64,000 nt of DNA, taken from assembly GCA_904063045.1 (NCBI GenBank), contig CAJFCJ010000012.1:682001-746000 (forward strand). The letters run 5' to 3'. Position 1 is the first letter of the stretch. Every line of letters starts with the position of its first letter. The position numbers were made by a program, and so were the translations under genes. Of this stretch, positions 11,651-25,327 are shown in pieces. Below the pieces are notes generated by a model, which was given only the letters and a program-made list of their open reading frames with translations, made no database searches and was not told where the DNA came from. The DNA comes from Dimorphilus gyrociliatus (lineage: Eukaryota; Animalia; Annelida).

Positions 11651-14600
11651 GATATATTTTTGGTCTCATAAATATTAAATAGGCGGAAAAAAATGGACAA
11701 AGTATTGGAATGGAATTGATGTTTTTTTTTCTGTATGCAAGATTTATAACAATATTCACGATATGTTGCCTGACATTCACAGATTTTGCAATAATATTAA
11801 TAAAATATAATAAACAGCTCAGTCGATTGAAACATTTACCTTGGATTATTTTCCGCTAGAATATTCGCAATAGAAACAGAACTATTTACATGCTATTCAT
11901 TAATATTCATAAACTAGATTAAAATTTCTCAGTATAAAACATCTATTGTATGAGAAAGGTTGATGGAAACTATTACGAATATAAGAGACAATGGCAGTTT
12001 AGAGAACTCATTTAAGTCAACCAATTGAAATAAACTATTGCTATTTCTATCAGAGAAGGGAGATGAACCCTTTCTTCCAAAAGGAATAGAATTGGAAGCA
12101 ATTTATTTCAACGTCCTGTCACTCTATCTACAATTATTCCTCCCTTCCTCAAGACTAAAACAATTTAGATATTTCTATTCTAATTAGGCTCCAGAATAAA
12201 TACAATAAATATTCATGAATATTAATTACTATTCAAATAATTAGTTAATCAGTAAAATTTTTCATTTTTATTGGTAAATTACGTAAAATTAAACTCAGTA
12301 TACACGCAAAGAAAGGATTAAGAATGAAAGGAGTATAATTGTAAATGACGTAAAGAATTTCGCTGTGATGTTGTAGTTTCTTTTTACTATAACTGTAACC
12401 ATTTTACCAAATAACAATTGCCATATATACACACACCGCATTTTTTGTAGTTACCGTATAGACTTTATTGCAAACTTTCATATTTTGTTTATATATAAAG
12501 ATATATATATATTGAAATATGTAAATAATAAATATTTTTTATAAGTAAACAATATTTTTTTATATCTATTTATATTCAGAATGAATTTTTTAGTGAGTTT
12601 TATATTGCAGTTGGGGGAATAAGATAAAAAAAAAAAGGCAATTTGGGCAAAAATCATTCGCTAGACCGATCCAAAGCTTTTTAATAATCTCTAGACAATA
12701 TATAGTAGCTTGTTGATTGGTTAACTCTGACATTTATATATGGTTTTGTAGGCACCCACTATTTTTAAATATATATAAATATATGTAAGATTATAAGTTT
12801 TGTTATGTTATACAAAATCATCTAGGTAAGTAAAAAGTTAAAATAAAGTCAATAGGTGAAGACACGGCTTAATGGAATTTCCTTTGATCTTGGATAAAAT
12901 AGCTGTTTACTTCCGTTTGCGTTCTTTTCATAATTAATATTACTTTAAGAAAGAATTTACAACAAAAAGTAGAAGAAATGGATTAAAGGTTAATTATTCT
13001 ATTAATTTTATCTTACAGTTTAAATAATCTTGAGTTTTAGCCTATAAATAAGAATATCGGGCAAACAAGCCAAAGAATAGAAGTCAATTTGGTCTAAATA
13101 ACTCGCTAGCTTGACCCTAGAGCCCATAATCGTGTTCTCCATAGTGGGCAGTAGTACTTTTTTTTTAGAGTGTTATACTTTCTATACAAAAAAAATAAGC
13201 GTCTCTTGTCGTAAATGAAAAAAGAGAAAAAGTATTCTTATGGGAGGAGATTTGGATGTAAAACCTGTGTCAAATTAATTTTGTCCTTATGTTATTCAAA
13301 ACCAAGGTAATTTTTTCCTTTTAAGCGGTAATTTTCAGTTTCCTTTGTAATGAAAAAGGATCTCTTCCTTTGCACAATAAATACAACATTTTACTCCCGA
13401 TAGACTAGCAATTTTAGGCGTTCATCTCCTTCAAATACAACTGTGTATAGTAATATCCTAATTTTGAAGATGCAAGTATTATATTCCAATCGAAGTTTTC
13501 CGTCAAAAAGTCAGTCAATACATCACGTTCTACGAGTCAAGAGAGTTCACTTTATTCGATTAGAAAGCTAATTCGTTTAGTCACTTGTTTATATACGTTT
13601 TTCTGCAATCGATTTCCAGAAGGATTATAGCGATTGGGAGCAGGTAGAAATGCCTCGCAGATGTTGTTTTTTTTTATATATTTATAGTAGCAATTCCATG
13701 TACGCTTGTTGCTATGACTACTGAGACGAGGGCTTAATGCATTCGGGTGAAGATGGAAATAACAAGGGACGAGTGAACGTGATAGTAATGTGTTAAGATA
13801 CGTTATCATTACCTTAAGAAAATATAACTTGTAAAGTTTTCAAAGTAGAAAGGAGTGCGATAAAAGATTTAGAACACATATAAAATATTTGTATACGAGT
13901 AAACGTAAATGCAAAAGAGGAAGAGAAAGAATAAAAGAGAATAAGAGAAGGAGGGAGAAAAAGAGTGTGAGTGACTTGGTGAGTGAGTGTGTGTGTGAGA
14001 GAGAGAGAGAGAAAGAAAAGCAGAGAGGGAGTAAGGCAAATTGTAAAAGGTATTGCGCACACGATACAAACTATAAAAATATCACAGCTAAACTAGTACG
14101 AAAAACAAAATAATTTACGTAACAAACAAATAAACAATATAGTGAACCAGATTAACTCCATTTATGGATATTTAAAGTTATGAATAGTAAATGGTTCTAC
14201 TAAAATGAAAATCGTGGAGTACATTACATACTCTTTTAATACATTACATTATTGATAAATATGCGAGGCGTTAAGTGAATATGACATGCAGTGGCAAGAA
14301 AGTCGAAATTAATCAGATTGATTGCAGTTTTCTCTAGTATTTTTCTTTTTCTTTCCAGATGTTATTCTTTCAAATAGCTTTTTTTTTGTTACTTTTCAAT
14401 TAGCGTGTTTTTATATCATTCTAATAGGAATAATAAAAGATTTTTAAGCCTTTCTCACTAAGAAATTTTAATAGTGACATAGAAATCAATTTTAATTAAA
14501 TCTAAACTTATTGCATGCACTTTTGCCGATTATACAGGAGAGAAACCATGTGCGTAAGAATAAACTTTTCTTGAAGGCACTTTCGATGGCAAAAAAGCAT

Positions 14601-15470
14601 TATGGGAGTTATTAGAGAAGATAGTTTAAGTTTTTTAGTAAAAAAAGAAATACAACTAGAAGACTTTGTTCAATTATTCATAGTCTCATCACTCTATGTC
14701 AATAGACTGAGATTGATATGGTTATATAATATAAATAGCCGAAGAGTAATATTTAAGCAGTCACTATTAAAAGTATAGATACCAGTATAGTGTTAACTAA
14801 GAGAAGGAAAAAGAGGGAAAAAGAGGAATAGATATGTATACAAATAGATATAAATATATGATCAGACTAAAATTTCTTTGAGAAAGTGCAAAGAAAAATA
14901 TATAAATTTTATTATGTTTTTTCAGCTTGTTATATATACTCTTTAAATGACATATAAATATGTTCACCAAGACACTAATTAGCTTTTTATTTGATATTTT
15001 GTAGATGTAGAAACCTTTCTTTTCATTTAAAAACACAACCATATACAAGTTAAAAAAAAGAATGACAAAAACTATTAATTATCAAATATTCTATATTAAT
15101 CGCATGTTAATTTTTCTATTCCTTCCGCATAGTTTAGATCGGGGTTAATTGATCAATTTATTTTGTATAAATATAGGTCAAGAGGAGATAAACATAAAGT
15201 AAACTAACAGCTTTATTATTGCAACCTTTGAGCTTGTCTCCTTTTACCCGATTACCATCGTAAAAGTTAATGAAACTACACATAATTTTCAATTTTTTCC
15301 TATACTTTGATAAATGACTTTTTAAGCTAATAACTTAGTCCAGACTATGAATTTTTATTAAATAAAATGTTAAGCACCTGTAAATATTATATTTTTTAAT
15401 CGATATAGGTTAAATGCTATCTGTTGGGAATGCTGCAAATTTTTTCTCTTGCTCTCTCCCTCTCTCCCTT

Positions 15471-15503
<33 letters not shown>

Positions 15504-16077
15504 TTTCCTCCCTCCCTCCTTCTTTTTTTTTATCTATCCTGTTTTTTACAGATTTCGTTGTTTTTTCAAAAACAAAGACTACGTTTGAAGAGTGAAAAGC
15601 TGATTACATTTTGAAAATTTTACCAAATTGTTATAAATAAACAATAATAATTCAACTGACAATAGTGAAGTAACAACAGCACTTGATTTTAATCACTAGA
15701 ATGATATTTATCCTCTATTTTTTTCACTTCATTTCTCTTATTTTCTCAACTCCTACTACCTCTCTATTCTCTATCAACACGACGTATAACTGATTTAATG
15801 CTAAAATCTAAGAGAATCAAGCCTTAAGTAGCTGAGTATGTCGGAGTTTAAGAGTAAACTAAGAGATGATTAAGTGTAAAGGTTTTCTTTCGCTGACAGA
15901 AGGATGAAATATTCGGTATTTACTACAAATTTTTATAATTCAACAAAAAAGTAACACGAATATGTATAGGAAGCTGCTATTAATCTATATAAATCACCTT
16001 AGAGACATTTTCTGTTAATACTAATCAACGCGAAATATGGCAATATTACCCAGATATAGCATGGTATGTGTGGTATA

Positions 16078-16080
<3 letters not shown>

Positions 16081-16115
<35 letters not shown>
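16081..16115. repeat. (TA)n microsatellite
   Basis: Perfect TA run seen directly. Confidence 0.95.
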
Positions 16116-16118
<3 letters not shown>

Positions 16119-17378
16119 ATTTTCATAATATACAGTCCTATAAAAATTATACCAGTTTGCATAGAGGTCAAGAAAATATCATAATCCAAAAATACTTTTC
16201 TTAGATTTTAAGGAAATTCCACTTCCGTTTTCAGTATGGAGAAAATAGTGTAAACAATATTTATTATTCTATTAAACAAATCAATTCCAGAAATTTGATA
16301 AAAATCACAAATTTCTCTTCCAATTATTCTTGACTTGTAAATGGTAAAGAATAATTATTTGCAAAATTGATTATCAATCTTTTCCCTGTTGTACCAATGA
16401 ATAAAAAATCTATTGGAATGTTCTATTCAGCGATTACGTAAATTCCTTAACGTCTTGATTTATTACCTTCTTATTTATTCAAGTTAATGTCTACTATCTT
16501 CCATCAATCATAGTAGAAATTCGTAAGATGAGGCATGGGTAAAAAGTAAATAACCTGTAATTCGTCTAGACACACCATATCTAATTAACCAGTTAAAGTC
16601 ATTAGAAACCTATGTTATTTTAGCGCAGCTGACCGAATCTTTAGCGAAGAATGATAAACTTTGGATTTGGTATTAGTATAAACCTACTTTGGCATAAAGT
16701 AGGGAAAAAGTCTTATAATAACTGTAATTCCATGAAGTATATTATGCAGTAAATTCTCTTTTTGTCTTTCTTTCATTCTCTCTTTTTATTTAAAAGAATA
16801 GAAACATTCCTTCGGCGTAAAAATATATCGGAATCTTTATTGATTTTGTAGCAAAAGGAGAAAAAGAAGACTTTTTCTTTCTCTTTCTCTTTCTCTATCT
16901 GTCTCTCTTTGCCCGTCTGTTTTTCTATCTATCTGTCTCCTTCTCTCTCTCTCTCTCTCTCTTTCTGTCTCACTCTCTCTAACCTTGTACTTTATATTTT
17001 TTAACGGATAATACACGTAATACAAATAAACAAATATAAGAGAATAAAAGGAATTTTTCCCTTAATTAAGCTTTCTCATTTACTTAAAAAAGATAAAAAC
17101 TTTTCTCCTCCCAATTGAAAAAGATAGCGAAGGGAGAAGAAAGATTTTATTCCCTTTCTTTCTTTTTTATCAGAGTTTTATATTCCTTCAGAAATGTATA
17201 AACCGAAAAAGAGTTTAAATAATAAAAAGGAACGTTATCGAAAACTTTATACATACTTGATTAAAGAAATTATTGATCCGTGTACAACACGATTAGACAA
17301 ATAGCGAAGATGGAAGAAGATACGCGTTTCATCGAATTTCATCTATGACGTCTCTGATCGGAAAGGCTTGTTATAGTT

Positions 17379-18853
17379 TAGCGCCGCCTAGAGAGAGAAT
17401 GGCTTATACGTCTCTGAATCTAATACAATTGCCCTATAAACCATCTCTTCTCCTTATTTATATTTATGATAAAAAAGAAGAGAGAATTGAAAAGAAAATA
17501 TCCCTAAATATTTATTGAATATCGAAAGTTTGAAAAACAGTGATTTAAATGAATGGAATATTTAATTTTTCAATAAATATATTAGCGTTAGATATAAAAG
17601 TAAATTTTTTAGCCTAAATCTGCTCATAAATATTCATAAACTTGTCTAATATATCAAAAGTATACCTAACGCCATCTACTGAATCAAATTACACAGTCTC
17701 TCTGAGTTTTCTTGCGAGTGAAATGTCATAGGGGTATGGTATTGTATAATATTCCTTAAGCATTATACATTTCAAGCCACTTGATATATAATATCTATAG
17801 TTAAGATGAATTTACAATAGCTACACTCCTAAATTCAACATCAAAAGGCTGGTTAGGGAGAGCCTATAACTTTTTATTCTTTCAGGAAATCATACAAACC
17901 TTAGATATTGAAGCCTTATCAGTATTCATACATAATCATAATAGTATTTCTCATGAAATATTATAGAAAAAAACCAAAAAACACTTTTGTATATATTTTC
18001 ATCAGTATTAAGGTAAAGATATGTTTAAAAATAGCAAATAAAAGTTCTAGGAGATTACTCTCCGGATAATCCCTATTTTAATCAATCTCTAAGGAAAGAG
18101 GGTGATTTTACGTAGTGAGTAAAAACCTTTCCCAAGGCCATTTAAAAGTACTTGGAAAGAATATAAATAGTAATATATGTCCATATTATCTCTATCTTTT
18201 CTCTCACCTTCTTCCCTATTTTCTTCGTTATCTTTCATTCCTATTGTTAGAGCAACATTTCCATCTTACTTTTAGTGTTTCTATAAAGTAAATTCTATAT
18301 ATTCTTTTTGAAACATATTAAGGTAATCAAGGATGAAAGGGAGTAGACGTCCAAATATGGATTTTTGATATTGAAGCATTAATAATGTCTTCTTTTATTG
18401 TAATAGAATTACAGGCAGAGAATAAAGAAATTTACATATTTCTTTAGTATAATCCTATTCCATCTTTGAATAGTTATAAGCTTTACTTTATCCAAGTATA
18501 CATTCATGTTATTTTTTATATTAATATTAATCAATATATCACTTTTATTCTTTATTGTTTACTTTGTATAAAAGATATTTGTACGGTGTGGATTTAGGCA
18601 TCTGTTTTTCACAAAATATATATGTGTTTTAAAGAGATATAAACAAAAATAATATATGTTATTTACAACTCTTTTAATACCCTTTTCTTTACCGATAAAT
18701 CTAAACTTTATGAAGCCTTTTCTTGATTTATTAACGTTCTAACCTTGTTAACCTTTTAACACTTTTAACCTTTATATAAGCATTATAAAAATTTTTCCAT
18801 AAATAATATTCTGTTTATTAAAATAATGTTAAAGTTAGTACCGCCATCTGTTA
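17379..18853 (-). promoter_or_regulatory. Three minus-orientation CTCF-like motifs (17379-17393, 17668-17682, 18839-18853)
   Basis: Reverse complements are CTCTAGGCGGCGCTA, TCAGTAGATGGCGT and CTAACAGATGGCGGTA. The last also fits a YY1 site. Confidence 0.45.
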
Positions 18854-19804
18854 GGTTCAAATGGGATCTTATATTATTTTAGTAGATTTCTTTGCAAAGG
18901 CATATCATTACATTTCATTCAATAAAATATTATAAAATTGATTTATTAAATGCTTAACTTAATGATTTTTTCCAACTTTTAAAAGCAATATCTCTCGTTT
19001 ATATGAGAATTTTCTCTTAAAAACTCGGTATTTAACTTAAAAGAATCGATAAAGCAGTTAAGTCTACGTACGTAAATAATACATAATATAGTACAAAGTA
19101 TCTATCTAGATGTATTACGGTAATATATTTACATATATATATATATACGGTATATGTATATAAATTTCTAAAGCAAAAAAAAAGATAAAAGCACATCAAC
19201 AGATAGGAACTTTCTTTCAAGCTGAAACCTTATTTTAAACACAATTAGTATAGGTATTTAATCTGTTTTTTCCCCTTTTTTTAAGTTTCTTTACTTGATA
19301 AAGAGAAAAATAGAGAGCCGAAAGGCTATTATCTACAGAAAAGTGAAACTAAAACTGTCAAAGAAAATTTCCTAATCCTTGATAAATAGACACTTGAAGC
19401 TGCTCTAAAATGCTAAGTAAAAAAAGACTTTTCTCCTAACTCATCAAGAAATCTAAAAAGTAAATTGCAGCCATCTTTTTTTTCACTTTACTTTTACTTA
19501 TTAGTTCAAATTGGAAAATCATGTATAAATCACTGAAATTTATCATGTACGAGTTGACAGACTTTACATCAATTAGCTTTTAAGCTAATTAGCTTATTAA
19601 AATTATAATGGCTTAAGTAATAAAAGTATGCTCACACTTTATATTATTTACAAACTAAATATACTCTATTTTTTTAAGCTATTCAATTCATTCGTATATG
19701 TTTTCTCCGTTAATAATTAATATATATATATATATATATATGATTATATATAGCAATTGCTCTTATTGGTTTGTAATATACATTGACCTGATAATCTCTT
19801 GAAT

Positions 19805-21232
19805 ATGAAACAATATATCCTAATTCTTTTGATAGTTAGCACTAATTTCTGTATGAATGATTATATTAATATTATATATTATACTGTATTACTCAACAAT
19901 CCCAAACGATGGAGAGTGGTGAGAGCTCGAACGCTGTTGATGGAAAGTTCAATCCTACTCTGTCTCCCTGTATTCATTCTCAACAAGAAATATTTGGTGA
20001 TTTATATATTTCATGGTGGGGTGTAAAATTTGAACAAGTCAATCTAATTAGAACAATCCGAATACTTAGTTCACAGGATTCAGTATTCATTTTAAAAGAA
20101 TTCGAAATTAGAACCATCATGAATAAAATGAATTTTTCAGTTTTCTCCAAATTTCAACTATGCGAAAACGTTCCATCGGAAGTGAAATTCTCATATTCTT
20201 TAACGAATAATTGTAAGCCAAAGCCGCAATACTCCATTCAAGTTTTTATGTCGTCAACTTCAATTCCCAGAATGATATTATGTGAAGTCGAAATATGAAC
20301 TATGTCAAATCTTGCAAAAAATAGAGAAACATTACAAAGTTCCATTCATGGTAGTTTGGGAGGAAGTCAGAATGCCGTCGATGGTATGAGCAACGCGAAA
20401 TGGAATTCCCTAGATCCAACTTGTGCTCATACAAATAGTTTATTAAATTCTTGGTGGTTGGTTGATTTAGGTGAAAACTGTGTGGTTTTCGCTATTTCAA
20501 TTATAAATAGATTAATTAAGGGTGATCGCCTAAGAGATTTACGAATTGATTTAACGGATACAAAAGATATTTTTACAAGTGAAAGGACAACTTGCGGGCA
20601 GTATAGAAGAAGTACTATTTTCTTGTTCAACAGTAAGATGTCCAAAATTCTCTTATGGACGCTTCCTATCAATTCAAAAATATACGCATCCATACAACGA
20701 AAGCCACTCTAACAATTATCTATCATTATGTGAAGTTGATGTTTTTGGATTAAATACTAATATATCAAGAAACATTGTTATAATTTTGAACCGTAGTTCA
20801 TTATTAACAGAAGTCAATTTCAATAATATAGCTATTTGTGGTAATCCTGATAATAATAATCAATATCAAGCCATTGATTTGTCATCACTTAATTTAAATA
20901 GTGTTAATATTGAACTCAAAGGTATTGGTGTTGAAGATTCATGCATTAAATATGAAATAATTTTATCAGCTGTATGTGATAATTATGCTTTTGAAAATCA
21001 CCATTATCACAACTATACGAATACCTCACAGAATTTTTTCAAGTATTTAGGTTTGAGAGAATATCATTTATCTTCGAAGGAAAATAGATATTACGAAGAA
21101 ATTGATATGACTGATGTATGTTATTATAACTGTAATTGCTTGAATGATAATATATTATCGATTGAACTAGATATATTTGGTTTAATTGGTAATCTTTTTA
21201 AGCAAGATATTATCATAACAGTCAATACATGA
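19805..21232 (+). pseudogene. Tandem F-type lectin (FTP/fucolectin) domain gene with three reading-frame disruptions
   Basis: Signal peptide MKQYILILLIVSTNFC from 19805. FTP motifs SSNAVDG...CIHS...LCEVEI and NLAKNRETLQSS...NAVDG...CAHT...SWWLVDLG...LSLCEVDVFG. Frameshift near 19880-19895, in-frame TGA at 20296-20298, second frameshift near 20600-20612. No plausible intron resolves them. Confidence 0.7.
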
Positions 21233-21552
21233 AGACTGTTGGAATGGAATGTTTGTTTATTTCGCATAATATTATCCATGCAAGAATATCTAAGGATATT
21301 TTAATTTCTTAATGAAGTAAATATTGTACTCTTCTCCTTTATTGTCTACAGTAAAGAATCTTATTATATACAATTATTAATCTTTGATATTGTTGTTATT
21401 ACTTGAGAATATATTTAGTAGCTTTCAAATGTAGGCCTAAAAAAGTCAATACTACACTATTACAAGCAATTTCTACTTGTCTCCTCTTTACTCACCTCTC
21501 TCTTTCTCTTTCTGTCTTTAGTTTCTGACATAATCTTGGCAGATATTCTAGT

Positions 21553-22716
21553 ATGGCACCAATTTTGGGATATTGGAAAATTAGAGGAGTTTGTATTATT
21601 AAAATATATAAAAAATATATCTTGGACGTAGCTGATAGAATCAATTTTCTTCTCTCTTTAGTATGTCCAACCTATAAGACTTCTATTAAAATTTTGCTAT
21701 GTTGATTTTATAGATAAAAGCTATGAATGTGGACCAGGTAGTTGCTACTTGTTAATCAATCGCAATACATTTTCTCTAATTGGTTTTCTTATTTAACAGC
21801 TCCCAGGTATAATAAAGACTGTTGGCTAGAAGAGAAATTTAATCTTGGACTAGAAATACCTAATGTTTGTTAATAGCAATTGATTTACGTTTGATCTTCT
21901 CATATCTTATTTTAATAGCTTCCTTATTATATTGACGGTAAATTTACATTAACTCAAAGTACCGCCATTTTGCGTTACATAGCCAACAAACACCATTTAA
22001 GTAAATTATTATTATAATATCATATATCTCAAGTTAATGTCATTAAACAACATTAGGCGGAAATTCAGCTGAGGAAGATGGAAAAATAGACATGTTAGCT
22101 GAACAATTATTTGATTTTCGAGAGAAATTTGTAGAAGTTTGCTATCACGACGCCCATAATCAGTATAAATGCGAGAAATTAAAAGATTACGTAATAATAA
22201 TTATTACTCTGTTAGAATATTGCATCTATATTATTATGTACTGTATATTTGTAGGAAGTAATTAAAGATCTATATATAGAAAACCTTGATAAAGATTTAA
22301 CAATATGGGAGAATCTATTAGCAAAAAATGATAAAAATCAAGAATGGTTACTTGGTTCAAAGGTTATCAAATAATTGATTTTGAATTCTTTTATAATATT
22401 ATCTCTTTTTTTGATATATTTAACAATGGTTTATAGATATGTTATGCTGATTTTATTCTTTATGACCTACTTGAGCAGCACCTTCTCTTTAAACCAGATT
22501 GCTTGGAAAAATATCCTAAATTGAGAGAATTTATGGAAAATTTCAAAGTATTTCTATAACGAATTATTAAATTCATTAGTTATATAATTAAAGCATATTT
22601 TTTAAATAGTGTTTTCTCTTTTGCAGTCTATCCCGCAAATTAAAAGTTATATGGAAAGTGATTCATACTTTAATAGACCTTTTAATAATCCGATGGCAAA
22701 TTTTGGTACTAAATAG
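21553..22716 (+). CDS. GSTM: Mu-class glutathione S-transferase, copy 1 (8 exons)
   Basis: Spliced translation [12 protein letters not shown]|YVQPIRLLLKF...ECGP|APRYNKDCWLEEKFNLGLEIPN|LPYYIDGKFTLTQSTAILRYIANKHHL|...|SIPQIKSYMESDSYFNRPFNNPMANFGTK*. Catalytic Tyr and Mu loop present. All seven introns are GT-AG and in phase. Confidence 0.92.
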
Positions 22717-23004
22717 TTATATTTAAATTGTCATCGTGATGTGGTGTTTTTTTATGCTTAATCATCATTGAGTCTATTTTATCTTAATAAAATACTATCA
22801 ATAGAATTGTTCGCTGCATCTATCAAATTTACTCTTAAATTTTAATCTTAGTTATAGTATGTTTTTTAGACAAATTTTAACAGTGCACAGTGAGCAAATG
22901 TCGTAAACGTAGACTTCCGGTAACCTTTTTACTATATATAAAGTTGTTACCGGTATTGAACACTTTCCGTCAAATTTTTCCTCAATTCGCAAGAACAGAA
23001 AAAA

Positions 23005-24383
23005 ATGGCTCCAGTTTTAGGCTATTGGAAAATTAGAGGTGTAAGTATTTAATTTAACTTACAGATACGACAGTATTTAAAGTATAACAACTTGAAATGA
23101 AAAAAAATTTTAATTCTTATTAAATGTTGACCTCATATTGTCTAATTATAAAATTTTGTAATTTTATTATATAATAATTACATAATAATTATATAATAAA
23201 GTATGCAATTTGTTCCTTATTAAGCAATTAAACTGTAGAAAGTTGTAATCATAATTTTCAAAAATTCTTATCAAATTTAGAATATTCTAGTAAAAAAGTT
23301 TATGCTTTGTTACAGTTAGCTCAACCGATAAGATTGATGCTAAAATATTGTAATATTGAATTCGAAGATAAATACTACGAATGCGGACCAGGTAAGAAGA
23401 AGAAGAATAATTAAATTATAATATTAAATGTCTATTATTCATAAATGTTCTTTCTTATTCTTCACACCTCTAGCACCAGATTTCAGTAGAGAATGTTGGT
23501 TGAAGGAGAAGTTTACTCTTGGTTTAGATTTTCCAAATGTTTGTTTTTTTAATAAATCAAACATGTTTACATCAATTTAATTGTATTTTTATTTCATACA
23601 GTTGCCCTATTATATTGATGGAGATGTAAAACTCACTCAGAGTAGAGCCATTTTACATTACATTGGTAAAAAACACGGCCTTTGTAAGTTTATATAGTTC
23701 TTCTTTTATTGATTGAAGAATTTATTATATGTATTTTACATTTTAGGCGGTAAAACTGATGAAGAACAATTGAAAGTCTGTTTGATGACTGATGAAGTTG
23801 GAGACTTTAGAAGTGCATTTACTAGAATTTGCTATGGAGCACCTAGTGTCGAGGCCTTTGTAAATAATTATTTATATTTATCCATATAAGTTTATTAATA
23901 TATGGATAATCCTTTAATAGTATTGCCATTTATAACAGGAAAGTATGAAAGTTGATTATTTGGCTTCATTGGATGGTAAATTACAAAGATTTGAGGATTA
24001 TCTTAAGAAAAATGAATCTGTTGGAAAGTGGCTTGCGGGAGAAAATGTAAAAGATATACTAATTTAAATTTAACATAAATTTAAGGAAATAATAAATAAA
24101 TGTACGATGTATTATTTTCATTATTAGCTAAGCTACGCCGACTTCTATTTCTACGAAATTTTGGATCATCATAGAATTTTCAAGGAAGGATGTTTAGATA
24201 AATATACTAAACTTACTGCTTACATGAAGACTTTCGAGGTAAGCTTAAACATTCTTTCAACATATCCAATTTAATATGTATTTTCTATTTAAGGAACTTC
24301 CCGCTATTAAAGAATATTTAGCGAGCAAAGAATTTTTGAAGTATCCTTTGAACAACAAAATCGCAAAATTTGGCGGCAATTAA
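23005..24383 (+). CDS. GSTM: Mu-class glutathione S-transferase, copy 2 (8 exons)
   Basis: [12 protein letters not shown]|[11 protein letters not shown]...ECGP|[22 protein letters not shown]|[18 protein letters not shown]...|[29 protein letters not shown]. Seven in-phase GT-AG introns. Confidence 0.95.
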
Positions 24384-25327
24384 TTGCTGAAATATAAAAC
24401 TCTTACTGCGTTTTCATGGAAATAAATAGCAATAACATAAATTTGTCTCTCTTTCTTTTATATTAAAGGCGTAGACTGATAAGTAAAGTGCAAAAACACC
24501 CCGTCAGTAGTATTTTTTTGTGTCATCTGCACTCTGACATGTTACTGATCAGTAGGAGGAGTATATGTGTATAATGTATATATGTTATTTATTTGTTAAT
24601 TTTATATAAAAGGTAGTATTAGGTTGGAAAAAAATAAAGGCCAATTGGGTAATCACTATTTGAAGGACAATGTACATTTTAAAAGTAAACACTGAATATA
24701 AAGAGTACTAGATATACAAGATAATATATTTATGTCCTGTACCTCCTATTATCTATGACAGGGGAAACTCTGTAATATGCTGCAAGACACGAATTAAACT
24801 GGATACAAAAGCTAATGGATTTCCAATGTCATTCCACCAGAGAATCTTGTTTGTCCATAAACATGTATATATATATAATATATATATATACTATAAAAGA
24901 AAATAAGATGGTCAAGCTTCTAGTAACACTATAGCATAAATACTAAATAGGTCAAACTTCTAATGGAACTATTTTTATATTAATATTTCTCAAGAAGTAA
25001 AGTTAATATTAGATATTTTTTTATAAGAAAATATTGAAATCAATACATAAGAATCTTACAATCTTTAAGAAAGAATACGATTAAGTGGTGTTTGACTTTG
25101 GTATTTATATACAAATAGTATACATGTATATATATATACTGTATATACACTATACAGTGTATAAATTTTATATATTGTTTATTTCTAAAGAGTAATTGTA
25201 ATATATTACATAGTTTACATCGATAGTCCTATTTTCTCCAATTTTTAGCCTAAGATTCTATACTCTAAATGTGTGTACTCTTAAAAGTGTTTTATAAAAA
25301 TATAAGGAAATATATTCATAACATTTT

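Noticed and set aside
13814-14113. ORFs rich in RE/SL dipeptides (also 1566-1754, 15414-15614, 16837-17025, 61193-61511, 62968-63431)
   Set aside because: They are translations of GA/CT microsatellites.
9545-19852. LRRN-like and lectin genes both begin MKQY
   Set aside because: The nucleotide sequences are not similar beyond the first codons. It is a generic signal-peptide start.
20296-20304. In-frame TGA between two FTP domains as selenocysteine or programmed readthrough
   Set aside because: The context is TGA-ACT, not the leaky TGA-CTAG. I saw no convincing SECIS downstream. The position is not normally Cys, and two independent frameshifts already disable the gene.
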